Positions 63,732-64,000 of a stretch of 64,000 bases of DNA are shown here, one piece after another; the stretch's first letter is position 1; each line of letters starts with the position of its first letter. The position numbers and the translations under genes were made by a program. Origin of the DNA: Anaerolineales bacterium (GTDB lineage Bacteria; Chloroflexota; Anaerolineae; Anaerolineales; UBA11579); the NCBI GenBank assembly GCA_019637755.1, contig JAHBVC010000001.1, positions 1,453,181 to 1,517,180 on the forward strand. The letters run 5' to 3'. The notes under the pieces are model-generated. The model saw nothing but the letters and a program-made list of their open reading frames with translations. It ran no database searches and was not told the origin of the DNA.

Positions 63732-64000
63732 ATGGCAGATGTGAACGGACGCGTAGTCCAAATTCTGGGTGGTGTGGTGGATGTCGAATTTAGCGACGCC
63801 AGCATGCCTGAAGTCTATGATGCGATCGAAATTCAGCGCCCGGGCCAGGCTCCGGTGGTGGTGGAAGTGCAAACCCACCTCGGTGGCGGTCAGGTGCGCG
63901 GCGTAGCGCTTGACACGACCGATGGTCTGCAGCGCGGCATGGAAGTCGTCAACACCGGCGCGCCCATCACCGTGCCCGTTGGCCCGGCCACCCTCGGCCG
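63732..64000 (+). CDS. atpD: F1 ATP synthase beta subunit, 5' part (runs off the window)
   Basis: GGAGGA then ATG at 63732. My own translation reads [20 protein letters not shown]...[17 protein letters not shown]. Not in the track because it has no stop. Confidence 0.9.
   Translation, partial: MADVNGRVVQILGGVVDVEFSDASMPEVYDAIEIQRPGQAPVVVEVQTHLGGGQVRGVALDTTDGLQRGMEVVNTGAPITVPVGPATLG

Overview
The window is 64 kb of high-GC bacterial chromosome, about 62-68 % GC by hand counts of sample lines. Gene content gives a weak hint of a Chloroflexota-like organism (fused glyQS, F420/deazaflavin-type enzymes, bactofilin, LysM and GT-C membrane proteins). I could run no searches, so every product call rests on motifs I recognise in the ORF translations.

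Most of the window is ordinary housekeeping or core metabolism:
- ABC exporter, HtrA, SlyD, lipB
- a DprE1/DprE2-like pair
- two-component systems
- CoA-transferase and two crotonases
- glyQS, tmk, gmk, rhomboid
- fabI, mpg, moaA, EamA transporters
- the infC-rpmI-rplT operon
- yebC-ruvC-(mgtC-like)-ruvA
- atpA-atpG-atpD
- tRNA-Arg(CCU) and tRNA-Pro(CGG)

Many long antisense ORFs in the track are high-GC artefacts.

The one clear accessory region is a low-GC island of about 7.3 kb at about 27.4-34.7 kb, immediately 3' of tRNA-Arg(CCU). It carries:
- a frameshifted hypothetical gene
- a minimal merR-merA mercury operon with a textbook MerR operator, and no transporter genes
- small ORFs, including a 23-codon hydrophobic mini-ORF
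- a hairpin-dense noncoding region of about 400 bp
- a Rep_trans-type replication initiator or relaxase
- a 589-codon large serine recombinase whose 3' end runs into a tandem repeat containing a perfect 19-bp inverted repeat

I read this as an integrative, probably mobilizable, rolling-circle-type element with mercury-resistance cargo. It has no conjugation or virion genes. It is the best candidate for something new, but it is an inference from motifs and composition. I saw no CRISPR array, rRNA, transposase or recognisable defence system.
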